Of a DNA stretch of 64,000 nucleotides, positions 7,150 through 16,400 are shown piece after piece (position 1 is the stretch's first letter; every line of letters starts with the position of its first letter). The position numbers and the translations under genes were made by a program. The notes under the pieces are model-generated. The model saw only the letters and a program-made list of their open reading frames with translations, did no database searches and was not told the origin of the DNA. Origin of the DNA: an uncultured Acidobacteriota bacterium (GTDB lineage Bacteria; Acidobacteriota; Terriglobia; Acidiferrales; UBA7541); assembly GCA_963847505.1 (NCBI GenBank), contig CAWJZY010000002.1, positions 2,367,137 to 2,431,136 of the forward strand, written 5' to 3'.

Positions 7150-7980
7150 ATGGGGAAACGCAAACCTGGTTGTGCAGGTTCGACTACCGTAGCTTCGGCC
7201 CTCGCAGTTTTCCTTCTGGTATTCACCGGTATCACGGTCTATTTATTTATTGCCAAGCCGTGGTGGTTTCCTCCGGCAATCACCGACGTCGGCAAGCTGA
7301 TTGATTCGCAATTTGACCGCACCCTCATTATCACAGGAGTGGTTTTTGTGCTGGCGCAGCTCGGCTTGGCCTGGGCCGTCTTTCGCTATCGCGACCGCGG
7401 ACAGCCCGCTGTGCATTTCGAGGGTAACAATGCCTTTGAAGTTGGCTGGACGCTGGCGACAATCGTCCTGTTCGTTGGCTTGGGACTTTATGCCGAAGGC
7501 GCCTGGGCGACGGTACACTTCGTGCCGGCGTCTCCTGGCGACCTGCAAATTGAAGTAACCGGACAGCAGTTCACCTGGAATTTCCGGTATCCGGGTCCGG
7601 ATGGTAAATTCGGCAAGCTCAAGCCGACTCTGGTCAGCGCCTCGACGGGCAATCCCCTCGGGTTGGACCGGACCGATCCTGACGCAAAGGACGACGTCGT
7701 CACGCCCATCATCGGAGTCCCGGTGAATCGTGAAGTCGAGTTGTTAATCCGATCGCAGGATGTTACGCACAGCTTCTTTGTCCGGGAACTGCGGTTAAAG
7801 CAGGACGCTGTTCCCGGAATGATCATCCATATTCATTTCACCGCGACGGAAACCGGCGATTACGAGCTCGTGTGCGCCGAACTCTGCGGTCTTGGTCATT
7901 ACAAGATGCGCAGCGTGCTCAAGGTGATGACCGACGCCGATTTTGCGCAGTGGATGAAGGATCAGTTGGCGAACCAATGA
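7150..7980 (+). CDS. coxB: cytochrome c oxidase subunit II (CuA subunit, no fused cytochrome c domain)
   Basis: Start moved to the ATG at 7150 (GGAGGAG just upstream). Two N-terminal TM helices and the CuA site HSFFV...CAELCGLGHYKM. Confidence 0.9.
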   Translation: MGKRKPGCAGSTTVASALAVFLLVFTGITVYLFIAKPWWFPPAITDVGKLIDSQFDRTLIITGVVFVLAQLGLAWAVFRYRDRGQPAVHFEGNNAFEVGWTLATIVLFVGLGLYAEGAWATVHFVPASPGDLQIEVTGQQFTWNFRYPGPDGKFGKLKPTLVSASTGNPLGLDRTDPDAKDDVVTPIIGVPVNREVELLIRSQDVTHSFFVRELRLKQDAVPGMIIHIHFTATETGDYELVCAELCGLGHYKMRSVLKVMTDADFAQWMKDQLANQ

Positions 7981-8006
7981 GAATTTTCCGGGCAAGGAGA
8001 GATTGA

Positions 8007-9803
8007 ATGGCGTCACACGCTAGCGTTGCGCACGCCCACGCTGCGCCTACGGGCTGGATTCGGAAGTACATTTTCAGCCTGGATCATAAGGTTATCGGCA
8101 TCCAGTATTACTTGTTGGCCTTGTTTTCGGTTTTCCTGGGGATGTCGCTTTCCGTGCTGATGCGCGTTCACCTGGTCTGGCCAAACATGAAGCTGCCGTT
8201 CATTTCCGGCGGGATCATGACGCCGGAGCAGTACCTGGCCTTGCTCACCATGCACGGCACCATCATGGTGTTCATGGTGTTAACTACGGCTCCGCAGTCA
8301 GGTTTTGGCAATTATTTCCTGCCCATACAGATCGGCGCGGAAGACATGGCGTTCCCCGTCCTGAACATGCTTTCGTTCTGGACGACGTTCGTTTCCCTGG
8401 TAGTAATGGTTGCAGCTTTCTTCGTGGAAGAAGGCGCGCCGATTTCCGGCTGGACCGCGTACACGCCTCTTTCGGCGCTGGGCAAAATCGCCGGGCCGGG
8501 CCAGGGTGCCGGACAAACGCTATGGGTCATCGGACTGGCGATTTTCTGCGCGGCTTCGCTGATGGGCGCCCTGAATTTCATTACCACGCTGGTAGACCTT
8601 CGTGCGCCCGGTCTTTCCTTGATGAGATTGCCCCTCACGGTGTGGGCCTGGTTCGTCACCGCGATTCTGGGCCTGCTTGCCTTTGGCGTCCTGCTGGCTG
8701 CTTGCGCTTTGTTGTTGCTTGACCGCGTAGCGGGCACGAGCTTTTTTATCCCGGGCGGCCTGGTAGTGACCGACCAGGTCATCAGCGGTCATTCGGGTGG
8801 TTCGCCGATCCTGTGGCAACACTTGTTCTGGTTCTTTGGACATCCTGAGGTTTACATCGCCATCCTTCCGGGCATGGGTGTTGCGTCGCACGTGCTCTCC
8901 ACATTCTCGCGCAAGCCGGTCTTCGGCTACCGCGCGATGGTGTACGCAATCTGCGGCATCGGGTTCCTTGGGTTCTGCGTGTGGGGCCACCACATGTTCG
9001 TCAGCGGCATGAGCCCGTATACGGCGTTTGCCTTCTCGATTATGACCATGAGCATCGGCGTGCCTTCGGCCATCAAGACGTTCAACTGGCTTGGCACTTT
9101 GTGGGGCGGCAAAATCCAGTTTACGACCTCGATGCTGTTCGCCATCGGCTTCGTATCGTTGTTTGTCACCGGCGGCCTTTCAGGACTCTTCCTGGCGCAG
9201 CCCTCCGTGGACCTTCCGCTGCATGACACATATTTCGTCGTCGCGCATTTCCACTTGATCATGGGAGTGGCGGCCATCTTCGGCATCTTCTCGGCGACTT
9301 ATTTCTGGTTTCCGAAGATGTTCGGCAAGTTTTTGAATGAGAAGATCGGCAAGATCCATTTCTGGATCACTTTTGCCGGCGTGTACTGCATTTTCATGCC
9401 GATGCATTTTCTGGGCATCGCAGGCCACCCGCGCCGGTACGCCGACCTTTCCGGCGTCGAGTATCTTCACACGAACACGCAGCATGGTTTGTGGGGATAC
9501 GCCACCTCATTATTAGCCGTACAGCATTTCATTTCCATTGCGGCGTTTCTCACCATCGCGGCGCAACTCCTGTTCCTGGGGAATTTTATCTTCAGCTGGT
9601 GGCGTGGCAAGAAAGCGGGGATGAACCCGTGGAACGCCACTACGCTTGAGTGGACCGTCTCGAGCCCGCCGCCGCATGACAACTTCGCGGGCCATATCCC
9701 AAAGGTGTACCGTGGAGCATATGAATTCAGCGTGCCGGGTGAGAAGCAAGATTTCATCCCGCAGGATATGACTCCGGAAGAAGTAGATAGACTCAGGACG
9801 TAG
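8007..9803 (+). CDS. ctaD: cytochrome c oxidase subunit I (heme-copper oxidase catalytic subunit)
   Basis: 598 aa, polytopic. Contains WFFGHPEVYIAILPGMG, HHMFVSG, VVAHFHLIM, i.e. the heme a/a3-CuB ligand motifs. Confidence 0.95.
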   Translation: MASHASVAHAHAAPTGWIRKYIFSLDHKVIGIQYYLLALFSVFLGMSLSVLMRVHLVWPNMKLPFISGGIMTPEQYLALLTMHGTIMVFMVLTTAPQSGFGNYFLPIQIGAEDMAFPVLNMLSFWTTFVSLVVMVAAFFVEEGAPISGWTAYTPLSALGKIAGPGQGAGQTLWVIGLAIFCAASLMGALNFITTLVDLRAPGLSLMRLPLTVWAWFVTAILGLLAFGVLLAACALLLLDRVAGTSFFIPGGLVVTDQVISGHSGGSPILWQHLFWFFGHPEVYIAILPGMGVASHVLSTFSRKPVFGYRAMVYAICGIGFLGFCVWGHHMFVSGMSPYTAFAFSIMTMSIGVPSAIKTFNWLGTLWGGKIQFTTSMLFAIGFVSLFVTGGLSGLFLAQPSVDLPLHDTYFVVAHFHLIMGVAAIFGIFSATYFWFPKMFGKFLNEKIGKIHFWITFAGVYCIFMPMHFLGIAGHPRRYADLSGVEYLHTNTQHGLWGYATSLLAVQHFISIAAFLTIAAQLLFLGNFIFSWWRGKKAGMNPWNATTLEWTVSSPPPHDNFAGHIPKVYRGAYEFSVPGEKQDFIPQDMTPEEVDRLRT

Positions 9804-9814
9804 GAGAGATTTCC

Positions 9815-10468
9815 GTGCCTGGTACCGTCGCAGAAGATCTCGAAATTCAGCTGGAACACGGCCACATCGGCGGCCTTCCGCCCGGCCGCAATTCCGGCGG
9901 CGATGACGATGGCCGCCACGCCAATTCAATTCCCCGTCGGGCGTACGTAACCGGCATCACGATGGCGCTGGCCGCTATGATGATGTTTTTCATGGCCTTG
10001 ACCAGCGCCTTTATCGTGCGCCGCGGAACGGGCACTGACTGGCAGGCGTTCGCGCTGCCTCGCGTCCTGTGGGCAAATACGCTGGTACTGCTCGCCAGCA
10101 GCGCGACTCTTGAGATGGCTCGCCGGCAACTCGCGCGTGGCGCCCTCGCGTCGTTTCGTAATCTCTGGAGCCTGACGACCGCCCTCGGACTGCTTTTCGT
10201 GGGTGGGCAGTTGATCGCCTGGCACCAGCTTCGCGCCGCCGGCGTTTTTCTAGACACGAATCCAAGCAGCAGCTTTTTTTATTTGTTCACCGCCGCGCAT
10301 GGATTGCATCTACTGGGAGGAATTATCGCGTTGCTCTACGTCGCGTTCCGCTCCTGGCGGCGTTCGCGCACAACGCAATCCACCGCGGCCGAGATAGCGG
10401 CGATCTACTGGCATTTTCTTGATGGTTTGTGGGTATTCTTGTTCTTACTACTCTCCCTGGGACGGTGA
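9815..10468 (+). CDS. heme-copper oxidase subunit III family protein (first of two)
   Basis: GTG start with AGGAGAG upstream. 217 aa, multi-TM, with subunit III-like segments FTAAHGLHLLGGIIAL and YWHFLDGLWVFLF. Confidence 0.85.
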   Translation: MPGTVAEDLEIQLEHGHIGGLPPGRNSGGDDDGRHANSIPRRAYVTGITMALAAMMMFFMALTSAFIVRRGTGTDWQAFALPRVLWANTLVLLASSATLEMARRQLARGALASFRNLWSLTTALGLLFVGGQLIAWHQLRAAGVFLDTNPSSSFFYLFTAAHGLHLLGGIIALLYVAFRSWRRSRTTQSTAAEIAAIYWHFLDGLWVFLFLLLSLGR

Positions 10469-10471
10469 ACC

Positions 10472-11101
10472 GTGCATGACGTGAAGTCGGAAGCGATTTC
10501 TTCGCCGTGGTCTGGCGGCCGGTCGCCTTTTGCGATGGGCTCCAAAAAACTGGGCATGTGGCTCTTCATCGTTTCCGACACGCTCACTTTTTCCGCCCTG
10601 CTGGTCGTTTACACGTACGCGCGGCTTAACAGCCCGGATTGGCCCCGGCCGTTCCCGTTTAATCCCTCGATTATTTATTCGACCGTCATGACCATCGTGC
10701 TGCTGGCCAGCAGCCTGACGATGGTCATGGCTGTTGCCGCTGTGGCCCGCGGCGCGCGTGGCGTGGCCATACGCTGGATTCTGGCCACCATGGCCTTTGG
10801 CGCCACCTTCGTTGCTTTGCACTTGCGTGAGTGGTTTCACCTGATTGGCGACGGCATGCGGCCGTTCTCCAATCCCTGGGGCTCGCCGCTGTTCGGAGCG
10901 GTGTTTTTCGGCATAACCGGACTGCACATGACGCACGTCGTGATCGGCCTCATTTACTTGGGGATTATTTCCATCGGATTGGCCCGCGGCAAATTTACTC
11001 CCGAGGATGTCGAAGTCAGCGGTCTCTACTGGCACTTTGTTGACCTGGTCTGGATGTTTGTTTTTCCGTTGATTTATATCATGTCGGTTTCGCCGAAATA
11101 G
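10472..11101 (+). CDS. heme-copper oxidase subunit III family protein (second of two)
   Basis: Begins 3 nt after the previous stop. 209 aa with WLFIVSDTLTFSALL, GITGLHMTHVVIGLI, LYWHFVDLVWMFVFPLIY. Confidence 0.85.
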   Translation: MHDVKSEAISSPWSGGRSPFAMGSKKLGMWLFIVSDTLTFSALLVVYTYARLNSPDWPRPFPFNPSIIYSTVMTIVLLASSLTMVMAVAAVARGARGVAIRWILATMAFGATFVALHLREWFHLIGDGMRPFSNPWGSPLFGAVFFGITGLHMTHVVIGLIYLGIISIGLARGKFTPEDVEVSGLYWHFVDLVWMFVFPLIYIMSVSPK

Positions 11102-11137
11102 CGCGCGAGAGACCAAGGGCTAGGAGAAAAGTCAGCG

Positions 11138-11461
11138 ATGAGCAATCACGGGGAAGCAGAGAGCGCCCATCCAGCGGTCCGGGCAAAAACTTTCGTTTGG
11201 GTCTGGATTTACCTCGTCCTCCTCACGGGGGTCGAAGTTTACATGGGCTACATCGACTTGCCTGCCCGAATCATGCTCACGATCCTGATGGGCTGTTCCA
11301 TCATCAAGGCGGGACTCATCATGTCCTGGTTCATGCACCTGAAATATGAAAAGCGCAGCCTGACGCTTTGGCTGGTTCCCGCGGCCGTTTTTTGCATTTG
11401 CCTGATGATCCTTGTTTTCTTGAGGGACAGCGTCCTTTTGGAACAATTACGGCCGCATTGA
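11138..11461 (+). CDS. prokaryotic cytochrome c oxidase subunit IV family protein
   Basis: 107 aa with three hydrophobic helices, in the position after the subunit III genes. The pattern KTFVWVWIYLVLLTGVEV...IIKAGLIMSWFMHLKYE is typical of COX4_pro-type proteins. Confidence 0.8.
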   Translation: MSNHGEAESAHPAVRAKTFVWVWIYLVLLTGVEVYMGYIDLPARIMLTILMGCSIIKAGLIMSWFMHLKYEKRSLTLWLVPAAVFCICLMILVFLRDSVLLEQLRPH

Positions 11462-11496
11462 GATATAATGGAGAGCAGAGAAGAAGGTGGAACGGG

Positions 11497-11736
11497 ATGG
11501 GGAAACCTGCTATGAGAATCGTCCGGATATTCAGTATTTTGATTGCGACGCTTGCGGCGGTTCCCGCGGCAATGGCTCAGAGCTGCGCAATGTGCTACGC
11601 AACCGCTTCCGCCGCGGGCCCTCGCGAGCAAAAATCACTGGATGTTGGCATTGTGATACTGTTGATTCCGACTTTGACCCTGTTTATCGGAGTATTTATC
11701 CTGCTGATCCGCCGCGCCCACGCCGCGGCTGCTTAA
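11497..11736 (+). CDS. small membrane/secreted protein with a CxxC motif (start 11497 or 11512)
   Basis: Signal-like N terminus (RIVRIFSILIATLAAVPAAMAQ), SCAMCY, then one C-terminal TM helix (VGIVILLIPTLTLFIGVFILLI). GGTGG lies 7 nt upstream of the ATG at 11497. Last gene in the cox run. Confidence 0.5.
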   Translation: MGKPAMRIVRIFSILIATLAAVPAAMAQSCAMCYATASAAGPREQKSLDVGIVILLIPTLTLFIGVFILLIRRAHAAAA

Positions 11737-12875
11737 GCAGTTCCTCGCAATGCGGCGCCTAATGCCTCGGCCACGCGCTCAATCTGTCCGGCGGTAATCT
11801 CCGCAAATAACGGCAGCGAAAGGACTTGCGCGGCAGCCTGTTCGGCCGCCGGAAAGTCACCCGGACGATGCCCCAGACCCGCGAATATCGGCTGGAAAGG
11901 GAGAGGAGTGGGGTAATACACACCGCTGGAAACGCCATGCTCGGCAAGTTGCTGCTGAACTCGGTCACGCCGCCCGGCCCCGCCTTCGATGCGCACCGTA
12001 TATAAATGGTAAACGTGCTCGGTGTGCGGCGCCGGCGCTGGAAGTGAAAGTCCCGGTAAGCCGGTGAGCAGTTCGTCATAGTGTCGTGCGTGCGCGCGCC
12101 TTGCGTCCGTCCATTCGTCGAGCCGCCGCAGTTTCACGCGCAGCACTGCTGCCTGCAGTTCATCCAGCCTGCTATTCCATCCGGGTTCCGCGCTCACGTA
12201 CTTGCCCGATTGGCCGTGATCACGCAGGCGGCGCGCCTTTGCCGCAAGCTCATCTGAATTTGTCACCAGCATTCCGCCGTCGCCGTAAGCGCCAAGATTT
12301 TTTGTTGGATAGAAACTGATTCCCGCCGCGCTGCCAAGCGACCCCGTCCGCCGGCCCCGGTATCTCGCACCGATCGCTTGCGCGTTATCTTCGATGACCA
12401 CCAGACCGTGCCGCGCGGCCAACTCTCCAATGGCGTCCATTTTCGCGGGCTGGCCGTACAGGTGAACCGGCATCACGGCTTTCGTTTGAGTTGTGCGTCG
12501 AATCTCGATTTCCGCGGGATCGAGATTGAATGTCGTGGGGTCAATATCGGCAAATACCGGCCGCGCCCCAAGCCGCACCACCGCTGTGGCCGTGGCGACA
12601 AACGTAAATGCGGGAACGATCACTTCATCACCCGCGCCTATGCCGCATGCGGCGAGCGCGATCGTCAATGCATCGGTGCCATTGGCGAGCCCCACTGCGT
12701 GGCGAGTGTCGCAGTATGAGGCGATCTCCCTTTCAAAAACCTCGCCCTGTGGCCCTAAAATGAACTTTTGAGATGTGAGAACCTCGTCCAACGCCGCGCG
12801 GATTTCTTCACGCAGCGCCGCATATTGTGCGCGCAGATTCAGAAAAGGAACCGCTGATTTGATTGGATCGCTCAT
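11733..12875 (-). CDS. DegT/DnrJ/EryC1/StrS-family PLP-dependent aminotransferase
   Basis: 380 aa with FILGPQGEVFEREIA, GLANGTDALTIAL, FYPTKNLGAYGDGG (PLP-lysine region) and DELQAAVLRVKL. Confidence 0.9.
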   Translation of the reverse strand: MSDPIKSAVPFLNLRAQYAALREEIRAALDEVLTSQKFILGPQGEVFEREIASYCDTRHAVGLANGTDALTIALAACGIGAGDEVIVPAFTFVATATAVVRLGARPVFADIDPTTFNLDPAEIEIRRTTQTKAVMPVHLYGQPAKMDAIGELAARHGLVVIEDNAQAIGARYRGRRTGSLGSAAGISFYPTKNLGAYGDGGMLVTNSDELAAKARRLRDHGQSGKYVSAEPGWNSRLDELQAAVLRVKLRRLDEWTDARRAHARHYDELLTGLPGLSLPAPAPHTEHVYHLYTVRIEGGAGRRDRVQQQLAEHGVSSGVYYPTPLPFQPIFAGLGHRPGDFPAAEQAAAQVLSLPLFAEITAGQIERVAEALGAALRGTA

Positions 12876-13465
12876 TCGTTTCTCGTCCGCTGATTGTGGT
12901 TTTGTTCCGCGGCGGTAAGTGTACGACAGATTCTCGAAAATGCGGCTTCACGCGGGGTTCTTCAATGGATGCACTGCGATCAAAGACGAACAAAATGAAC
13001 ATATGCGCCAGCCATTCCATCGCTCGACCAGAAGACTCAATGAGAAGAGCGGATGAACAGGATCTCCGGCCTCTGCCTGAAGAGATTGAGTCTTAGCGCT
13101 GACGCAGGCCAACTTAATCGAGAACGGGTAGATTCGTTACGTTATTTCGAATAATGTATATCTCTGTGTGTTTTTGTATTTTATCAGCGGAATAAGCGAT
13201 TCGGGTGGTTTTTCTTACGGCCTAAGGTGTTGAAAAATAGGGTTTTATATGTATGTGCAAAAGATTGCCGAATGGTACGTCCATTGCATTGAATAGTGCC
13301 CAGACGGGGTGTTATATCCGTTTAAGATTCTATTTTGGGGCACAAGAGTAATCGGTTTGGAACGATTACTCAGGGGAAAAACGAGTGATTTCAGCGAGAA
13401 GTTTGACTCAGGTTGCATTGGGGTTCAAGAAATCCAGCAGTGAATATCTCAAAGGAGGAACACCT

Positions 13466-16400
13466 GTGAAGCGAGTGGGAATATTGCTTTGCTTAGCTGC
13501 TTGCTGCATGTTTTTGGCGCACGGCGTCATTGCGCAAGGGCAACCATCGGGAAATATCGGAGGCACCGTCGTTGATCCTGACAATAAGGCCGTAGCCGGA
13601 GCCACTGTCACGATCACGGACGCGGTCACACACGCGGCTCTGCCGTCAGTTCAAACCGGATCTGCTGGCGAGTTCCGCGTTTCAAACTTGCCCCCCGGAA
13701 ATTATACAATTACCGTGACGATGGCAAATTTCAAGACCACAATTTTGAACAACATCGTTGTCACCGTCGACCATACGTACGAAGTTCCTGTGAAGATGGA
13801 AGTCGGTGCTGCTTCCGTTTCCGTACAGGTCGAAGGCGGCGGACAACAAGTGATGGAGACGCAAAGCACTTCGATCTCCAACACGGTAAGCGGCCGTTCC
13901 GTTCAGGAATTGCCCTTCGCCTCACGCAGCGCCGTTCTTCTGGGTATTCTGGATCCGGGCGTGCAGACTTCCGGCGGCCCGCGCAACAGCACGTTTGAAG
14001 GTCTGCCGAAGGGCACGATTAACATCACCTTCGACGGGATCAACAACCAGTGCAACCTGCTGAAGTCCAGCGACGGTTACTTTGCGATTAACGATCCACG
14101 CATTGACGACATCGAAGAGTTCGGTATCACCACGAACGCCAACGACGCCTCAAAGACGGGTGAAGGCGCCGCGCAAATGTCCTACGTCAGCAAGCGCGGC
14201 GGCAATGCCTTCCACGGCGGCGTGTGGGAATACAACCGCAACACGGCCTTCGATTCCAACTACTACTTCAACGGCATCAGCGGCACTCCGCGCCAGTTGC
14301 TGGATTTCAATGACTTCGGGTACAAAATCGGCGGTCCGATCCTGAAGGACAAACTGTTCTTCTTCACGGACTTCGATTTCTTCCAGTTCCCGCAGTCGGT
14401 TACCCGTACCAAGCAAATTCTGACCCCTCTCGCGGCAGGCGGCACGTTTACGTATGCGTCCACGGCTGCCGTTCCCCTTGGCAACACTTGGACAACGTGT
14501 AATGGCACTACTTGTTCCGCCAATCTGTTGGCTCTCGCGGCCGCTGGCGGCATCGGCGCCGCCGGCGCAATGGGTCCGAGCACGATCAGCAGCATTACCG
14601 GGCCGTACATTAATGCTATCGAGTCGTCCTATACGACTGCCGGTGTCTCCTCGACGCCATTTAACTTCTACCAGAACAACATTGCCTGGAATTCGACGAC
14701 GATCGGCGAGCGCCGGTATCCCGACCTTCGCCTCGACTACAACATCACCAAGCATCACTCTTTGGAGTTCGATTATCATTATGCTTTTTACATCTCGAAC
14801 CCGGACCTGTTGAACAGCGTGGACGCCGAGTATCCTTCTTCGGTGGAAGAACAGAACCACGGTGAGCAGCTTTCAAACCGCAACCTTTTCGTGCTTGCAG
14901 AGCGCTGGACGATTGGCTCGAACAAGAGCAATGAAATCCGCGCGGGTTTGAACTCCGCACCGACAAACTTCGGATTGGGCCTTTTGGTCGGCAATCAGTG
15001 CCAGGCTCCTTCCGCCACGCTTTCTACCTTCTGCTATCCCTCCATCCCAGTGACCGTCGGTGGGGTTACGACTTCGGAGGAATACACCTTCGGCATTAGT
15101 GGAATGAGTTCGTCTCCCTTCCAGAGTCCCGGTGGAACGCAGGGCCGCAACACAGCGGTTGGCCAGGCTCACGACACCTTCGTATGGACCAAGGGAACTC
15201 ACAACCTGTCATTCGGCGTGGACTATACGGACATCTATGCCAATGACTTCTTCACCATCAGTGGTACAGCGGGATTTGGTCTCGTCTCCGGCGCTGATCC
15301 ACTTCTTACGCAAGGAACTCCAACCTTCGGCCAGAATAGCAATTTGCCCGGCATTTCCAGTACGGACTTGGGCAACGCGGAAGCGCTCTACGCCTCTCTC
15401 GTGGGCCGCTTGAGTTCGTATAACTCTAACGTGGCCTTCTCCCCGAAGACGGGCGGCTATTTGAGCGGCGCACCGGAAGTTGACAAGATTGGGAAGCACG
15501 AGTACGGCATCTACGGCCAGGATAGCTGGCGCGTGAAACCTAACCTTACGTTCAACTACGGCCTTCGCTGGGAATACGATGGCCCGCCGTTTGACAAGTA
15601 CAATCAGTACGCCATGCTGGGCGGCACGGAAACGCAAGCCAGTGACATCTGGGGCATTTCCGGCGAGGGAAATTTGTTCAAGCCCGGCGCAGTCGGCGGC
15701 ACTTCGTCACTCTATTATCAGAATGACAAAGGGCTGAGCTGGTACAACAAGTATTACCGCGCCCTTGCTCCCTCGGTTGGCCTTGCCTGGCAGCCAAACT
15801 CAGACAATGACATGCTGAAGCACATTTTCGGCGGCCAGGGTAAGACCGTTATCCGCGCCGGCTACAGCATCGCTTACAGCCGTCAAGGTCTGGAAGACTG
15901 GGAAGAAATCTCGGAAGACAATCCGGGACAGGAAGGCTCGCAGGTTTCGACCGGGATCCTGGGGGCAAACAGCACAACGAATGGCACCTTCTCGGCCGGC
16001 AGCATCAACCTCGGCAATGGGTCGACAACCGGCGTTCCTTACACGGCCCAGACACCCACGTCGTTCCTTTCGACGTTCCCGGTGAGTCCAACGCAGGGAA
16101 ACACGGTGTACGAAGTAAATCCGAACATCAAGCCTCCCTTGATTCAGTCTTGGCAGGCCTCGGTTCAGCGTGAACTTTCACCGAACATGGTCCTGGAAGT
16201 CCGGTATCAAGCCAATCACGGCGACGGACTGTGGGATGTTTTCAACCTCAACGAAACGAACATTTTTGAAAACGGGTTCCTATCCGAATTCGAAGGTGCT
16301 CAGGGCAACTTGAACCTGTGCAACGCCAACTTGGCGACTGTCTCGGGAGTTTCCCAAGCTTGTCTAGCAGCGGAATCGGACCTCGGAATCGTGAAGTCTA

